The notes: generated by a model not told the origin, from the sequence alone. A stretch of DNA of 50,460 nucleotides from Candidatus Saccharimonadota bacterium (GCA_028289095.1 JAQGGY010000020.1:1-50460), one strand, 5' to 3'. Positions 18,812-27,339 are shown, counted from the first letter of the stretch. Numbers and translations are program-made.

Positions 18812-21238
18812 ATGAAGCGCTATAATCCCTCTGATATCGAACCAAAGTGGCAATCATTTTGGGCTGACCAAAAAACGTTTGTTGCCGACAACAACTCTCC
18901 AAGGCAGAAATTCTATATTTCCGCTATGTTCCCATACCCAAGCGGCGCAGGTATGCACACTGGTCATGCATTCGAACATGCAATCGTCGACGCGATAGCC
19001 CGGTTCCAGCGCGCTCATGGCAAGAATGTTCTTAACCCGATGGGCTGGGATACGTTTGGGTTACCTGCAGAAAATTATGCAATTAAGACAGGTACAGCTC
19101 CGGCCGAAGTAACGAAAGTTAATATCGCAAACTTCAAGAATCAATTGAACCGACTAGGTGCAAGTATTGACTGGTCGCGCGAAATTAATACGACTGATCC
19201 CGAATATTATCGATGGACGCAGTGGATATTTGCCAGGTTTTTTGAGCGTGGCTTAGCATATCAAAAAGAAAGTTTGCAGTGGTGGTGTCCGGTCGATAAA
19301 ACTGTATTGGCTAACGAGCAGGTAGAGAGTGGTAAGTGCTGGCGATGTGGTACTGAAGTTGTGAAGAAATCTATGAACCAATGGTTTTTCAAAATTACCG
19401 ATTATGCTGACGCGCTTCTTGATGAAATTCCCGACCTTGATTGGCCGGCGAAAATTAAGACCGCTCAAACTAACTGGATTGGCAAGTCTGTCGGTGCAGA
19501 GATAGAGTTTACTGTCGATGGCGTCGATGCGGTCATTACAGTATTTTCTACGCGTCCAGATACGCTATTTGGCGCGACTTTCCTTGTGCTTGCCCCAGAG
19601 CATCCACTAGCAAAACAATTGGCGGCAAATAAATTCAAGCAAAACGTCGAAGAATACATTGCTGATGCAGTGAAGAAATCTGAAATTGAACGCATGAGTG
19701 ATAATAAAGAAAAGACAGGTGTCTTTACGGGCAGTTATGCAATCAATCCTGCTAACGGTGAAAAGATGCAGGTTTGGATCGCGGATTACGTATTGTCGGG
19801 ATACGGAACGGGCGCGATTATGGCCGTGCCTGCACATGATGAACGCGACTTTGCATTTGCAGAGAAATATCACCTGCCAGTTGTCGAAGTAATTGATAAG
19901 CCCGATGATGAACCTGGAGTTTATCGCGGCGAAGGTGTCTTGATGAATAGTGGTGTTTTTGACGGCCGATCAAGTAGCGATATTCGTGAAGAGATTGCTG
20001 CGTGGCTAGAAGAAGAAAAAATTGGTCGGCCAAAAGTAACCTTTAAAATGCGTGATTGGCTGATTAGTCGTCAGCGTTATTGGGGTGCGCCAATACCGAT
20101 TATTCATTGTCAAACTCACGGTGCGGTCGCTGTTCCTGACGACCAATTACCAGTTGTGTTGCCAGAAATTGCTGATTACGCGCCAAAGGGTGACGGCAAA
20201 TCAGTGCTTGCTGGTATTTCTGGCTGGGTTAATACGACTTGCCCTACATGCGGCGAGCCTGCAAAGCGTGAAACAGATACGATGGATGGCTACGCGTGCA
20301 GTAGTTGGTACTTATTGCGCTACACCGATCCTAACAATAGTAATCAGGCTTGGGATCCTGTGATTACAAATGCCTGGTCGCCAGTTGATTATTACGTCGG
20401 CGGCGATCATGCGGTCGCACACTTGTTATATGTTCGTTTCTGGACGCATGTATTCAATGACATGGGATTAACTGAATTCAAAGAGCCGGTCAAAAAACTT
20501 GTTTATCACGGCTACATTAATGCCGAAGACGGCAGCAAGATGAGTAAAAGCAAGGGTAATACAATCGACCCATTGGAAGTAATTGATCAGGGGTATGGTG
20601 CTGATGCGTTGCGTACCTACTTGCTATTTATGGGTCCAATCGAACTAGATGCACCGTGGGATTCTCGAGGTATCGCAGGTATCTACCGCTTCTTGAACCG
20701 TGTTTGGGTATTAAATCAAGAATATCTTGAGGCAGAAAAGTCATTCACAACAAACGACGATGCTGTTCGTAGACTACAGCACAAGACGATACGCAAGGTG
20801 ACGGAAGATCATCATCGCCTCAGTTTTAACACCGCAATCTCTGCGTTAATGGAATACGTGAACGAATTATATAAGTTTAAAGTCGACGGTTTCTCTGACG
20901 ACGTTTGGTGCGATGCGCTTGGGACGCTTGCTCGATTGCTGGCTCCATTTGCACCTCATATGACTGCAGAAATTTGGCAACAGCTAGGTAATAGCAGTTC
21001 AATAGAGGAAGCTGGCTGGCCGCAATGGGATAGCGCACTGATCGTCAGTGACACACTGACGATCATCGTGCAGGTGAATGGCAAGTTACGCGCTAAATTG
21101 ACAGTGGCTGCCGATACGACTGCGGATGATGTGAAACAGCAAGCGATTGATGAGCCGAATGTCGTGAAATTCCTAGAAAACAAAGAACCAGCCAAGGTGA
21201 TTTATATCCCTGGCCGGCTCGTAAGTATCGTTGTATAG
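18812..21238 (+). CDS. leuS: Leucine--tRNA ligase
   Basis: 808 aa. PYPSGAGMHTGH (HIGH-type) and KMSKSKGN (KMSKS), with typical LeuRS editing and anticodon-binding blocks. Confidence 0.98.
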   Translation: MKRYNPSDIEPKWQSFWADQKTFVADNNSPRQKFYISAMFPYPSGAGMHTGHAFEHAIVDAIARFQRAHGKNVLNPMGWDTFGLPAENYAIKTGTAPAEVTKVNIANFKNQLNRLGASIDWSREINTTDPEYYRWTQWIFARFFERGLAYQKESLQWWCPVDKTVLANEQVESGKCWRCGTEVVKKSMNQWFFKITDYADALLDEIPDLDWPAKIKTAQTNWIGKSVGAEIEFTVDGVDAVITVFSTRPDTLFGATFLVLAPEHPLAKQLAANKFKQNVEEYIADAVKKSEIERMSDNKEKTGVFTGSYAINPANGEKMQVWIADYVLSGYGTGAIMAVPAHDERDFAFAEKYHLPVVEVIDKPDDEPGVYRGEGVLMNSGVFDGRSSSDIREEIAAWLEEEKIGRPKVTFKMRDWLISRQRYWGAPIPIIHCQTHGAVAVPDDQLPVVLPEIADYAPKGDGKSVLAGISGWVNTTCPTCGEPAKRETDTMDGYACSSWYLLRYTDPNNSNQAWDPVITNAWSPVDYYVGGDHAVAHLLYVRFWTHVFNDMGLTEFKEPVKKLVYHGYINAEDGSKMSKSKGNTIDPLEVIDQGYGADALRTYLLFMGPIELDAPWDSRGIAGIYRFLNRVWVLNQEYLEAEKSFTTNDDAVRRLQHKTIRKVTEDHHRLSFNTAISALMEYVNELYKFKVDGFSDDVWCDALGTLARLLAPFAPHMTAEIWQQLGNSSSIEEAGWPQWDSALIVSDTLTIIVQVNGKLRAKLTVAADTTADDVKQQAIDEPNVVKFLENKEPAKVIYIPGRLVSIVV

Positions 21239-21242
21239 CGAG

Positions 21243-21626
21243 TTAGCGTTTTTTTACTTCCGCTGGAATGACAAATGTTTCATTTACTTGAATGACCTTG
21301 TCTGAAAGGATGTCTATATTCTCTGGACTAGTGCGTATATGTTCTTTGACGAGGTTAAAGTCTACGGAATTAATACCTGCGACTTTGCTTGTGACTGCAT
21401 CAAGGCCCTCGTTCTGCTGAACTGTATAAGTGGTTGTCGTGTCGGAGTATTCTATAGGGGTGATGATGCGATCGACAATATGTTCACCCGCCTTAATGCC
21501 TGCAAATACGCCAACTACCGAGAGGGCGGCAGCGCCTACTGCGACACTCCGTCGGAGTGCGTAATTAGGGGTATCGATGTCGTGCATAGATTGTTCGTCG
21601 AGCATCGTATTCAGTAATTCAGTCAT
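21243..21626 (-). CDS. Hypothetical membrane-anchored protein with possible LysM-like C-terminus
   Basis: 127 aa with a TM helix AVGAAALSVVGVFAGI. YTVQQNEGLDAVTSKV...VNETFVIP loosely resembles LysM. AAGGAA RBS. Confidence 0.4.
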   Translation of the reverse strand: MTELLNTMLDEQSMHDIDTPNYALRRSVAVGAAALSVVGVFAGIKAGEHIVDRIITPIEYSDTTTTYTVQQNEGLDAVTSKVAGINSVDFNLVKEHIRTSPENIDILSDKVIQVNETFVIPAEVKKR

Positions 21627-21761
21627 AAAATAATTTCCTTATTTATACTATCATTATAGCACTTATGTTTATAATTGTCAATATACCCTTGAGTAATAGG
21701 TGAAAGTTCGCTATAATAGCCCTAAGTTTTATTATAAATACCTATAAAAGGAGATCTTTCC

Positions 21762-21977
21762 ATGGGACAACCAAAAAAACAGAGTAGCCCGCGTAAAACC
21801 GGTACTCGCCGTAGCCACCTTGTATTAAAATTGGCACGCCGCGTTAACGGGACTTCACCTGTAAAAGTGAAGACTACTAAACGTGAAACTGGCAAAAAGA
21901 AATTAGTTGTAGCCGTAGAAGCGGTTAAAAAAGCAGTCGTTAAAAAAGCGGCACCAGCTAAAAAAGCGACAAAATAA
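21762..21977 (+). CDS. rpmF: 50S ribosomal protein L32 with Lys/Ala-rich C-terminal extension
   Basis: MGQPKKQSSPRKTGTRRSH is the L32 N-terminal signature. AAGGAG RBS. TATAAT at about 21708. Confidence 0.8.
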   Translation: MGQPKKQSSPRKTGTRRSHLVLKLARRVNGTSPVKVKTTKRETGKKKLVVAVEAVKKAVVKKAAPAKKATK

Positions 21978-22039
21978 CCCACCTACTATTCGTAGGCGTA
22001 TCTTAAACAACCCTAAGTAACAGAAAGAACCAAACCGCT

Positions 22040-22501
22040 ATGGCTTCTAACCGACACCTTGGACGTATCGTTGCACTACAAAGTCTGTACGAATATGAAT
22101 TTCGTATTCAGTCAGAGGATAAAACCGTAGATATCGATGAGATTCTAGGTCGCAACCTTGAACGTTACGAATCAGCAATTGACGACAAAGATTTTGTTAC
22201 TCGACTTGCGCATGGCGTACTGGACCAGCTTGCTGACCTTGATGCTCGGATCCAACCGATTGCACCTGACTGGCCAATCGAACAGATCGCGCGCATTGAT
22301 CGTACGATCCTACGCATGGGCCTTTACGAGTTACTACACCTTGCTGATATTGTTCCACCGAAAGTGGTTATTAACGAGGCTGTCGAACTGGCGAAAGCGT
22401 TTGGTTCTGATAATTCGAGTAAGTTTGTGAACGGCGTTCTAGGAACAGCTTTCCGTAACCTTATTGAAGGAAAATCAGACGATGCAGAATCCAAAGTTTG
22501 A
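22040..22501 (+). CDS. nusB: Transcription antitermination factor NusB
   Basis: 153 aa. RIVALQSLYEYEF..., ILRMGLYELL, VVINEAVELAK.FG and KFVNGVLG are NusB blocks. Confidence 0.88.
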   Translation: MASNRHLGRIVALQSLYEYEFRIQSEDKTVDIDEILGRNLERYESAIDDKDFVTRLAHGVLDQLADLDARIQPIAPDWPIEQIARIDRTILRMGLYELLHLADIVPPKVVINEAVELAKAFGSDNSSKFVNGVLGTAFRNLIEGKSDDAESKV

Positions 22502-22976
22502 ACGATTTAAAAAATATTTCAATCGACACAAGCCGTCGATCCAGGAAATTGTACGCGAACCGACTGCTGGTGGCATCGTTTTTCGGCGCGACAAAGACAA
22601 TAATGTCGAAGTATTGCTGATTCAAGACGCCAAAGATCGCTGGACAATTCCAAAAGGTCATATCGAGCCGGGTGAAACAGCCCAACAAACAGCAAAGCGT
22701 GAAATTGGTGAAGAAGCAGGTTTGCACGAAACAGAAGTACTCGGTTGGCTTGGAAAGATTCACTTTAGGTACCGCCGTGTCGATAAATTAGTATTGATGA
22801 CGACGCAAATTTATTTAGTGCGTGCTATCGGTGACACTAATGCTATCCAAAAAGAAGAGTGGATGAACGGGATTAAATGGTTTAAATTTAACGATGCATT
22901 AGATGAAATCGAATATGAAGATATCGGTAAACTGATGCTACTTGCTATGAAACGTATACGACAGGAGAATTTATAA
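22482..22976 (+). CDS. NUDIX hydrolase
   Basis: Nudix box GHIEPGETAQQTAKREIGEEAGL. I prefer ATG 22482 (GAAGGA upstream). The ORF-track start at 22464 is TTG and overlaps nusB. Confidence 0.8.
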   Translation: MQNPKFERFKKYFNRHKPSIQEIVREPTAGGIVFRRDKDNNVEVLLIQDAKDRWTIPKGHIEPGETAQQTAKREIGEEAGLHETEVLGWLGKIHFRYRRVDKLVLMTTQIYLVRAIGDTNAIQKEEWMNGIKWFKFNDALDEIEYEDIGKLMLLAMKRIRQENL

Positions 22977-23716
22977 TGAGCGGCATGCAAACAGCCCCCT
23001 ACCAAGATTTTGCGCGTGAGCATTTTGGGTTTGAATACGAAAATATCGACTTGTTGATTACTGCGTTGACACACCGTAGTTATGTCAACGAGCACAAAAA
23101 AAGTGTCAGCGAGCATAACGAACGATTGGAATTTTTAGGTGATGCAGTACTAGAACTGGTTGTGACCGACTATCTTTTTCGTCAGTTTACAGATGCCGAA
23201 GGAACGTTGACTAGCTGGCGCGCGTCACTAGTACGTACTGAAAGTATAGGCGAAGCGGGTGATAAATTAGGCTACGAACACTTACTGCGTATGAGCAAAG
23301 GTGAAAAGAACGGCAGCGTCCGGGCTAGGCAGCAGATTTTGGCAAATGCATTTGAAGCAGTTATCGGTTCGATCTATCTGGAGCGCGGCTATGATGACGC
23401 GGCGGTCTTTATTGAAAAGCACATCCTGTCAAAACTCGATACGATCCTAGCGTCGGGTAGCTGGCGCGATCCTAAATCACACCTTCAGGAAGTGTCGCAG
23501 CGAATTGATAATCACACGCCCGTATACAAGGTACTAGAAGAAGTTGGCCCTGATCATGACAAGATATTCACACTTGGAGTGTTCGTTGGTGACAAGTTGA
23601 TGGGTAAGGGTAGTGGGCCAAGTAAACAGACCGCCCAGCAAGTAGCGGCAAAGGCTGCACTGGAAACGTACGCAAAACAAACGAAACAGATTGACGCGAA
23701 CGCAAAAACAGTGTAA
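22976..23716 (+). CDS. rnc: Ribonuclease III
   Basis: NERLEFLGDAVLELVV is the RNase III signature, with a C-terminal dsRBD (GPDH.K.F...V...G.G.G.SK..A.Q.AA..AL). The start overlaps the Nudix stop (TAATG). Confidence 0.96.
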   Translation: MSGMQTAPYQDFAREHFGFEYENIDLLITALTHRSYVNEHKKSVSEHNERLEFLGDAVLELVVTDYLFRQFTDAEGTLTSWRASLVRTESIGEAGDKLGYEHLLRMSKGEKNGSVRARQQILANAFEAVIGSIYLERGYDDAAVFIEKHILSKLDTILASGSWRDPKSHLQEVSQRIDNHTPVYKVLEEVGPDHDKIFTLGVFVGDKLMGKGSGPSKQTAQQVAAKAALETYAKQTKQIDANAKTV

Positions 23717-23784
23717 ACTTGTTCAAGAACTAATAAAAATTCTATAATTAGATTTAAGAGTGAAGTAAAGGAAGTTTAAAGTTT

Positions 23785-24129
23785 ATGCTCGCAATTCGTT
23801 TGCAACGTGTCGGCCGTAAAGGATACCCAGTGTATCGTCTTGCCGTTCAAGAATCACAACGTCACCCATCAAGTGGTCGTGTAGTCGCCTATGTAGGTAG
23901 CTATAACCCACATACTAAGGACGCTAATGTCCAAGTTGAATTGGCACAGAAATATCTTGATAATGGCGCACAGCCAACACCTCGTGTCGTTAAACTGTTA
24001 AAAGACGCAGGTGTTAAGTTGCCTGATTGGGTTAAAGTAGGCGCACCAAAGACAAAGACGATTCGTAACGCAGAAAAACTACGCAAGAATCAGCCCAAAG
24101 AAGAAGCAGCCGAAGAATCAGCTGAATAG
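23785..24129 (+). CDS. rpsP: 30S ribosomal protein S16
   Basis: MLAIRLQRVGRKGYPVYRLAVQESQRHPSSGRVVAYVGSYNP is canonical S16. Confidence 0.96.
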   Translation: MLAIRLQRVGRKGYPVYRLAVQESQRHPSSGRVVAYVGSYNPHTKDANVQVELAQKYLDNGAQPTPRVVKLLKDAGVKLPDWVKVGAPKTKTIRNAEKLRKNQPKEEAAEESAE

Positions 24130-24145
24130 CACTTCCTTATATAAT

Positions 24146-24168
24146 AAAACGCCCGTCTAGGGCGTTTT
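24146..24168 (+). terminator. rpsP terminator
   Basis: AAAACGCCC-GTCTA-GGGCGTTTT is a 9-bp stem followed by a T-tract. Confidence 0.8.
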
Positions 24169-24183
24169 ATTATTTGGATAGGT

Positions 24184-24208
24184 AAAACCCCGCTACGAGA
24201 GCGGGGTT
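24184..24208 (-). terminator. Terminator of the high-GC minus-strand ORF
   Basis: AACCCCGCT-CTCGT-AGCGGGGTT (read on the minus strand) followed by TTTT. It lies 63 nt past the stop, and two further small hairpins (24212-24226, 24233-24249) sit in between. Confidence 0.7.
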
Positions 24209-24270
24209 GGTGTCGGATACGCCGACGCGTTTGCTAGATATTGTCTAGCGGCAAGGAGAAATCAGTAGGC

Positions 24271-24837
24271 TTAGCGGTTGCCGCTTGTCACTAGCTCGTT
24301 CTTGTGCATGTCGTGAGCGCGGTTGAGGGCAAAGCGAGCACGGTCTGCACCGAGCTTGACTGCCTTGTCAAAGCGCACGTCCGTAAAGGACAGTTCGGCA
24401 CGTGCCTGGAAAATCGCTTCTGCGAGACGCGTGCGACCGGTGGTGGCCGTGTCGACTGCGACGGTCGGGAAGAAGTGAATGGTCTTCTCGGCGATCTTGC
24501 GCGCAACGCTATCAGCGGCGAGCGTGGTGACGTTGGTGCTTTCGAGCGCCCACTGAGCCTGCTTGATGCGGAAGCTGACGGCTTCTGCTTCACGCTTCTT
24601 TTTGGTCTCGGCGGCGACCCGTTCGCGTTCAACGATCTTCGGATCTCTGACGGCACCGAGCAGCGGGGTTTGCCAGCGGATCGGCTGGGGCTTCTGGTGG
24701 TTCAGAACGGGGCGATTGCCGCTGTGTGCGTTTGCACGAGCATCGGCGTTCTGTGATGCTTTCTTCGCGCGCTTGATCCTGAGCTGCTCTTCGGCAGGCA
24801 GGAGGACGTCGCTCTTGTTATTGGGACCCTTAGCCAT
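24271..24837 (-). CDS. Hypothetical protein, compositionally foreign (about 62% GC), no recognisable domain
   Basis: 188 aa from ATG 24837 (MAKGPNNKSD...), with AGGAG 5 nt upstream. G/C-ending codons dominate. Own promoter and terminator. The ORF-track extension to 25017 runs into AT-rich promoter DNA and is rejected. Confidence 0.65.
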   Translation of the reverse strand: MAKGPNNKSDVLLPAEEQLRIKRAKKASQNADARANAHSGNRPVLNHQKPQPIRWQTPLLGAVRDPKIVERERVAAETKKKREAEAVSFRIKQAQWALESTNVTTLAADSVARKIAEKTIHFFPTVAVDTATTGRTRLAEAIFQARAELSFTDVRFDKAVKLGADRARFALNRAHDMHKNELVTSGNR

Positions 24838-24904
24838 GATTTCTCCTAATTTGGAATACCAGTAAACTGGCTGCTTTATCGGACCGTCCGACAATGTTGA
24901 ATAC

Positions 24905-24933
24905 ATAATAGCATATACGTTATAAAATGTCAA
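24905..24933 (-). promoter_or_regulatory. Near-consensus sigma70-type promoter for the high-GC ORF
   Basis: On the minus strand, TTGACA (24933-24928), a 17-nt spacer, then TATTAT (24910-24905). The predicted TSS is near 24898, giving a leader of about 60 nt. Confidence 0.55.
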
Positions 24934-24942
24934 TACCCTATG

Positions 24943-24958
24943 TGTGATTAGTGTCACA
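24943..24958. promoter_or_regulatory. Perfect CRP-type box TGTGA-N6-TCACA
   Basis: TGTGAttagtgTCACA, in the divergent promoter region between the high-GC ORF and the KH gene. It is embedded in a 9-bp stem CCCTATGTG/CACATAGGG. Confidence 0.55.
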
Positions 24959-25092
24959 TAGGGGCTGAAAGCCTTACGTAAACAATACAACATGCTACAA
25001 TGAGTAATGGAATACAACTAGGTAAAATTCATTTTCGTCGCATCAAGTGGGATAAATAAAAACGCACATATACTGTGACACAAGGAGGAATC

Positions 25093-25485
25093 ATGTCGAC
25101 CATCGACCAGCAATTTATAGAATATATCGTTAAGTCACTCGTCGGGAATCCTGATGACGTAACTGTCGAACGCATTATTGACGAAAAAGGTGTACTACTA
25201 ACGTTAACCGTCAATCCTGAAGATTTGGGACGTGTTATTGGAAAACGTGGTGTTACCGCACAAAGCCTACGGACGCTTTTACGTGCCTTGGGGACAAAAA
25301 ATAACGCGCGTTACAATTTAAAAATCGTCAATAACGACGACGAACACGAACAGTATACTGTTTCATCAGACTCACCAATCGTCGAGGCTGTGAATAACTC
25401 AACAGATACAACTGTGGATAATGCATCAAGTCTTGCAATTACTACTCGAAAAGAGCTTGCAGAACTAGATGATCTAGATATATAA
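25093..25485 (+). CDS. KH-domain RNA-binding protein (YlqC/UPF0109 family) with long C-terminal extension
   Basis: IVKSLVGNPDDVTVERIIDEKGVLLTLTVNPEDLGRVIGKRGVTAQSLRTLLRAL is the YlqC signature (GxxG = GKRG). AGGAGG lies 5 nt before ATG 25093. Confidence 0.85.
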   Translation: MSTIDQQFIEYIVKSLVGNPDDVTVERIIDEKGVLLTLTVNPEDLGRVIGKRGVTAQSLRTLLRALGTKNNARYNLKIVNNDDEHEQYTVSSDSPIVEAVNNSTDTTVDNASSLAITTRKELAELDDLDI

Positions 25486-25586
25486 TCATAAACAGTTCAG
25501 AACAACTCTTGAACTGCGAGAAATAGTACAGAAGACAGAAGCTTTTGCGAGCAACAATTACATAAATGTTGAGAGCTTTATATGTG

Positions 25587-25625
25587 TCACGAAATCAACC
25601 CACCTGAAAATGGTGGGTTTCGTGA
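25587..25625. terminator. Bidirectional hairpin between the KH gene and a convergent small gene
   Basis: TCACGAA(atca)ACCCACC-tgaaaat-GGTGGGTTTCGTGA forms a 14-bp interrupted stem, followed by TTTCT. Confidence 0.55.
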
Positions 25626-25651
25626 TTTCTGGGCCCAGAATGTGCGCTGGG

Positions 25652-25972
25652 TTATTTCAGTAATGCAAAGATAGCAAGGGTAGCAAAAACAACCGCACCT
25701 ACAGTTAGTCCGACGACGCGTTTGTATGTTTGAGGCGTGGCTGCCGACTGTGCATTAAGTAGACTTTGCGTTGGTAAAACCTGTGATTCGTATTCCTCGG
25801 TATCATTAGTCGCGTTTGCAATTGGTGGTTCGATCATATGTCGAGCAGCAATTTCGGAATCTTGCGGTGCATCAGGCGTAATATCGGCATGCAATGGCTG
25901 TAGTGTTAGTTTTTTCGCTTCGGCCAATCGACGATCGGTATCGCTCGTAGGCGCGTCTTTTTCAAATTCCAT
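25652..25972 (-). CDS. Hypothetical tail-anchored membrane protein
   Basis: 106 aa with an acidic N-terminal region and a single C-terminal TM helix VVGLTVGAVVFATLAIFALL. GGGAG RBS. Confidence 0.45.
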   Translation of the reverse strand: MEFEKDAPTSDTDRRLAEAKKLTLQPLHADITPDAPQDSEIAARHMIEPPIANATNDTEEYESQVLPTQSLLNAQSAATPQTYKRVVGLTVGAVVFATLAIFALLK

Positions 25973-26102
25973 ATGTAATACTCCCTAGGTAATTAGGGTA
26001 TAGTATATCAGATTGCACTAACCAAAACCATTTTAGTTAAAATAGCATTGGTTAGTGCCCGATGAATAATTCAAAGGGCCTAACGAAGGGCGTAGCGATG
26101 AA

Positions 26103-26477
26103 TTATCTTTCGGGCGTAAGGATTTGAGCGTCAGGTGCATGGCAGGCTCGAGCTAATTCGAGCCGGTATGCATTTGCCAAAAGCCGCGCATGTTTGCTTC
26201 GCTTGACGGGGTTATATCGTTCCGGCATTGCAGAGATAGCAATCGCGGTAATGACTACGTAGATCAAGAGCACTACGACTGAAATCAGTAGGCTAATATA
26301 CAACCCCATTGCTAGGCTTAGCAATAATCCAATAGATGGACCCCGTTTATCTTTCCAGTCGTCATTATGTACGTTATACATGCGTATCATGACCGCCCGG
26401 TGTTCGGCGAGTGTCGTGTGACTGTATGTTTCCGACTGTTTAGTGATCGGATCGACAATTATCGAGCGGTATGGCAT
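26103..26477 (-). CDS. Hypothetical membrane protein
   Basis: 124 aa with two central hydrophobic helices. AAGGA RBS. No motif recognised. Confidence 0.45.
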   Translation of the reverse strand: MPYRSIIVDPITKQSETYSHTTLAEHRAVMIRMYNVHNDDWKDKRGPSIGLLLSLAMGLYISLLISVVVLLIYVVITAIAISAMPERYNPVKRSKHARLLANAYRLELARACHAPDAQILTPER

Positions 26478-26618
26478 GATTAAATCCTTTTGTTGAGGTG
26501 CGATTCAGGAGTGAACTTTTTTGTACTATATCATATTTATATTATAAAGTATAGCTGTCATTATCAGGCATACATCATATATAGACATTTGTGTCAATAT
26601 CACGTAAACTAGTAACAG

Positions 26619-27272
26619 ATGAAAAAAATACAAGTCGTTACGCTGTTTCCCGAAATGTTTGAGGGCGTGCTAAATAATTCGATGATGTGGAAAGCCCAGG
26701 ACAAGGGTGCTGCTGAATTTATTATGATTAACCTGCGCGAGTATGGTTTAGGCGCGCGTCGTACTGTTGACGATACGCCATATGGGGGCGGCGATGGTAT
26801 GTTACTAAAACCTGAGCCGTTATTTGCCGCCGTCGAACAGGCAAAAGCCAATGACCCCACTGCCAAGGTGCTATTAATGACACCGCGTGGGCAGCGCTGG
26901 AAGCAGGCAACAGCACAGACATATGCAGATAGTAATAATGGTTATATTTTTATTTGTGGCCGCTATGAAGGCTATGATGAGCGTATCGTGACATTAGTTG
27001 ATCAACAAATTAGCGTAGGCGATTACGTATTAACGGGTGGTGAGCTGCCAGCTATGACAATTATCGATAGCATTGTCCGGTTAATTCCAGGTGTGTTAGG
27101 TGGTGAGGCAAGTGCCGAGATTGAAAGTTTCAGCGACGGAGAAACACTGGAGTTCCCGCAGTATACTCGTCCAGCGGATTTTCAGGGTATGAAAGTGCCA
27201 GAAGTATTACTAAATGGCAATCACGCGGCTATTGCCAAGTGGCGTGCTGAAAATTCGTTTAAAGCGGAGTAG
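26619..27272 (+). CDS. trmD: tRNA (guanine37-N1)-methyltransferase
   Basis: VVTLFPEMFEG, DDTPYGGGDGMLLKPEP, ICGRYEGYDERI and GDYVLTGGELPAM are canonical TrmD blocks. Confidence 0.96.
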   Translation: MKKIQVVTLFPEMFEGVLNNSMMWKAQDKGAAEFIMINLREYGLGARRTVDDTPYGGGDGMLLKPEPLFAAVEQAKANDPTAKVLLMTPRGQRWKQATAQTYADSNNGYIFICGRYEGYDERIVTLVDQQISVGDYVLTGGELPAMTIIDSIVRLIPGVLGGEASAEIESFSDGETLEFPQYTRPADFQGMKVPEVLLNGNHAAIAKWRAENSFKAE

Positions 27273-27289
27273 GTTTTTATAAAATAGAA

Positions 27290-27320
27290 CCCCCACAGAC
27301 GATAATGTCGGTGGGGTTTT
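27290..27320. terminator. trmD terminator (also placed to serve the convergent small ORF)
   Basis: CCCCACAGAC-gataat-GTCGGTGGGG is a 10-bp stem with one mismatch, followed by TTTT. Confidence 0.65.
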
Positions 27321-27339
27321 CCCGTACTACTTCGGGCAT

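Noticed and set aside
24291-24865. Several overlapping ORFs (24304..24756 +, 24563..24865 +, 24291..24656 -) and the long version of the minus ORF up to 25017
   Set aside because: These are stop-poor frames, as expected in ~62% GC DNA. None has an SD or start context. Only the frame starting at ATG 24837 has a promoter, an SD and a terminator. The extension to 25017 would cross the promoter and the CRP box.
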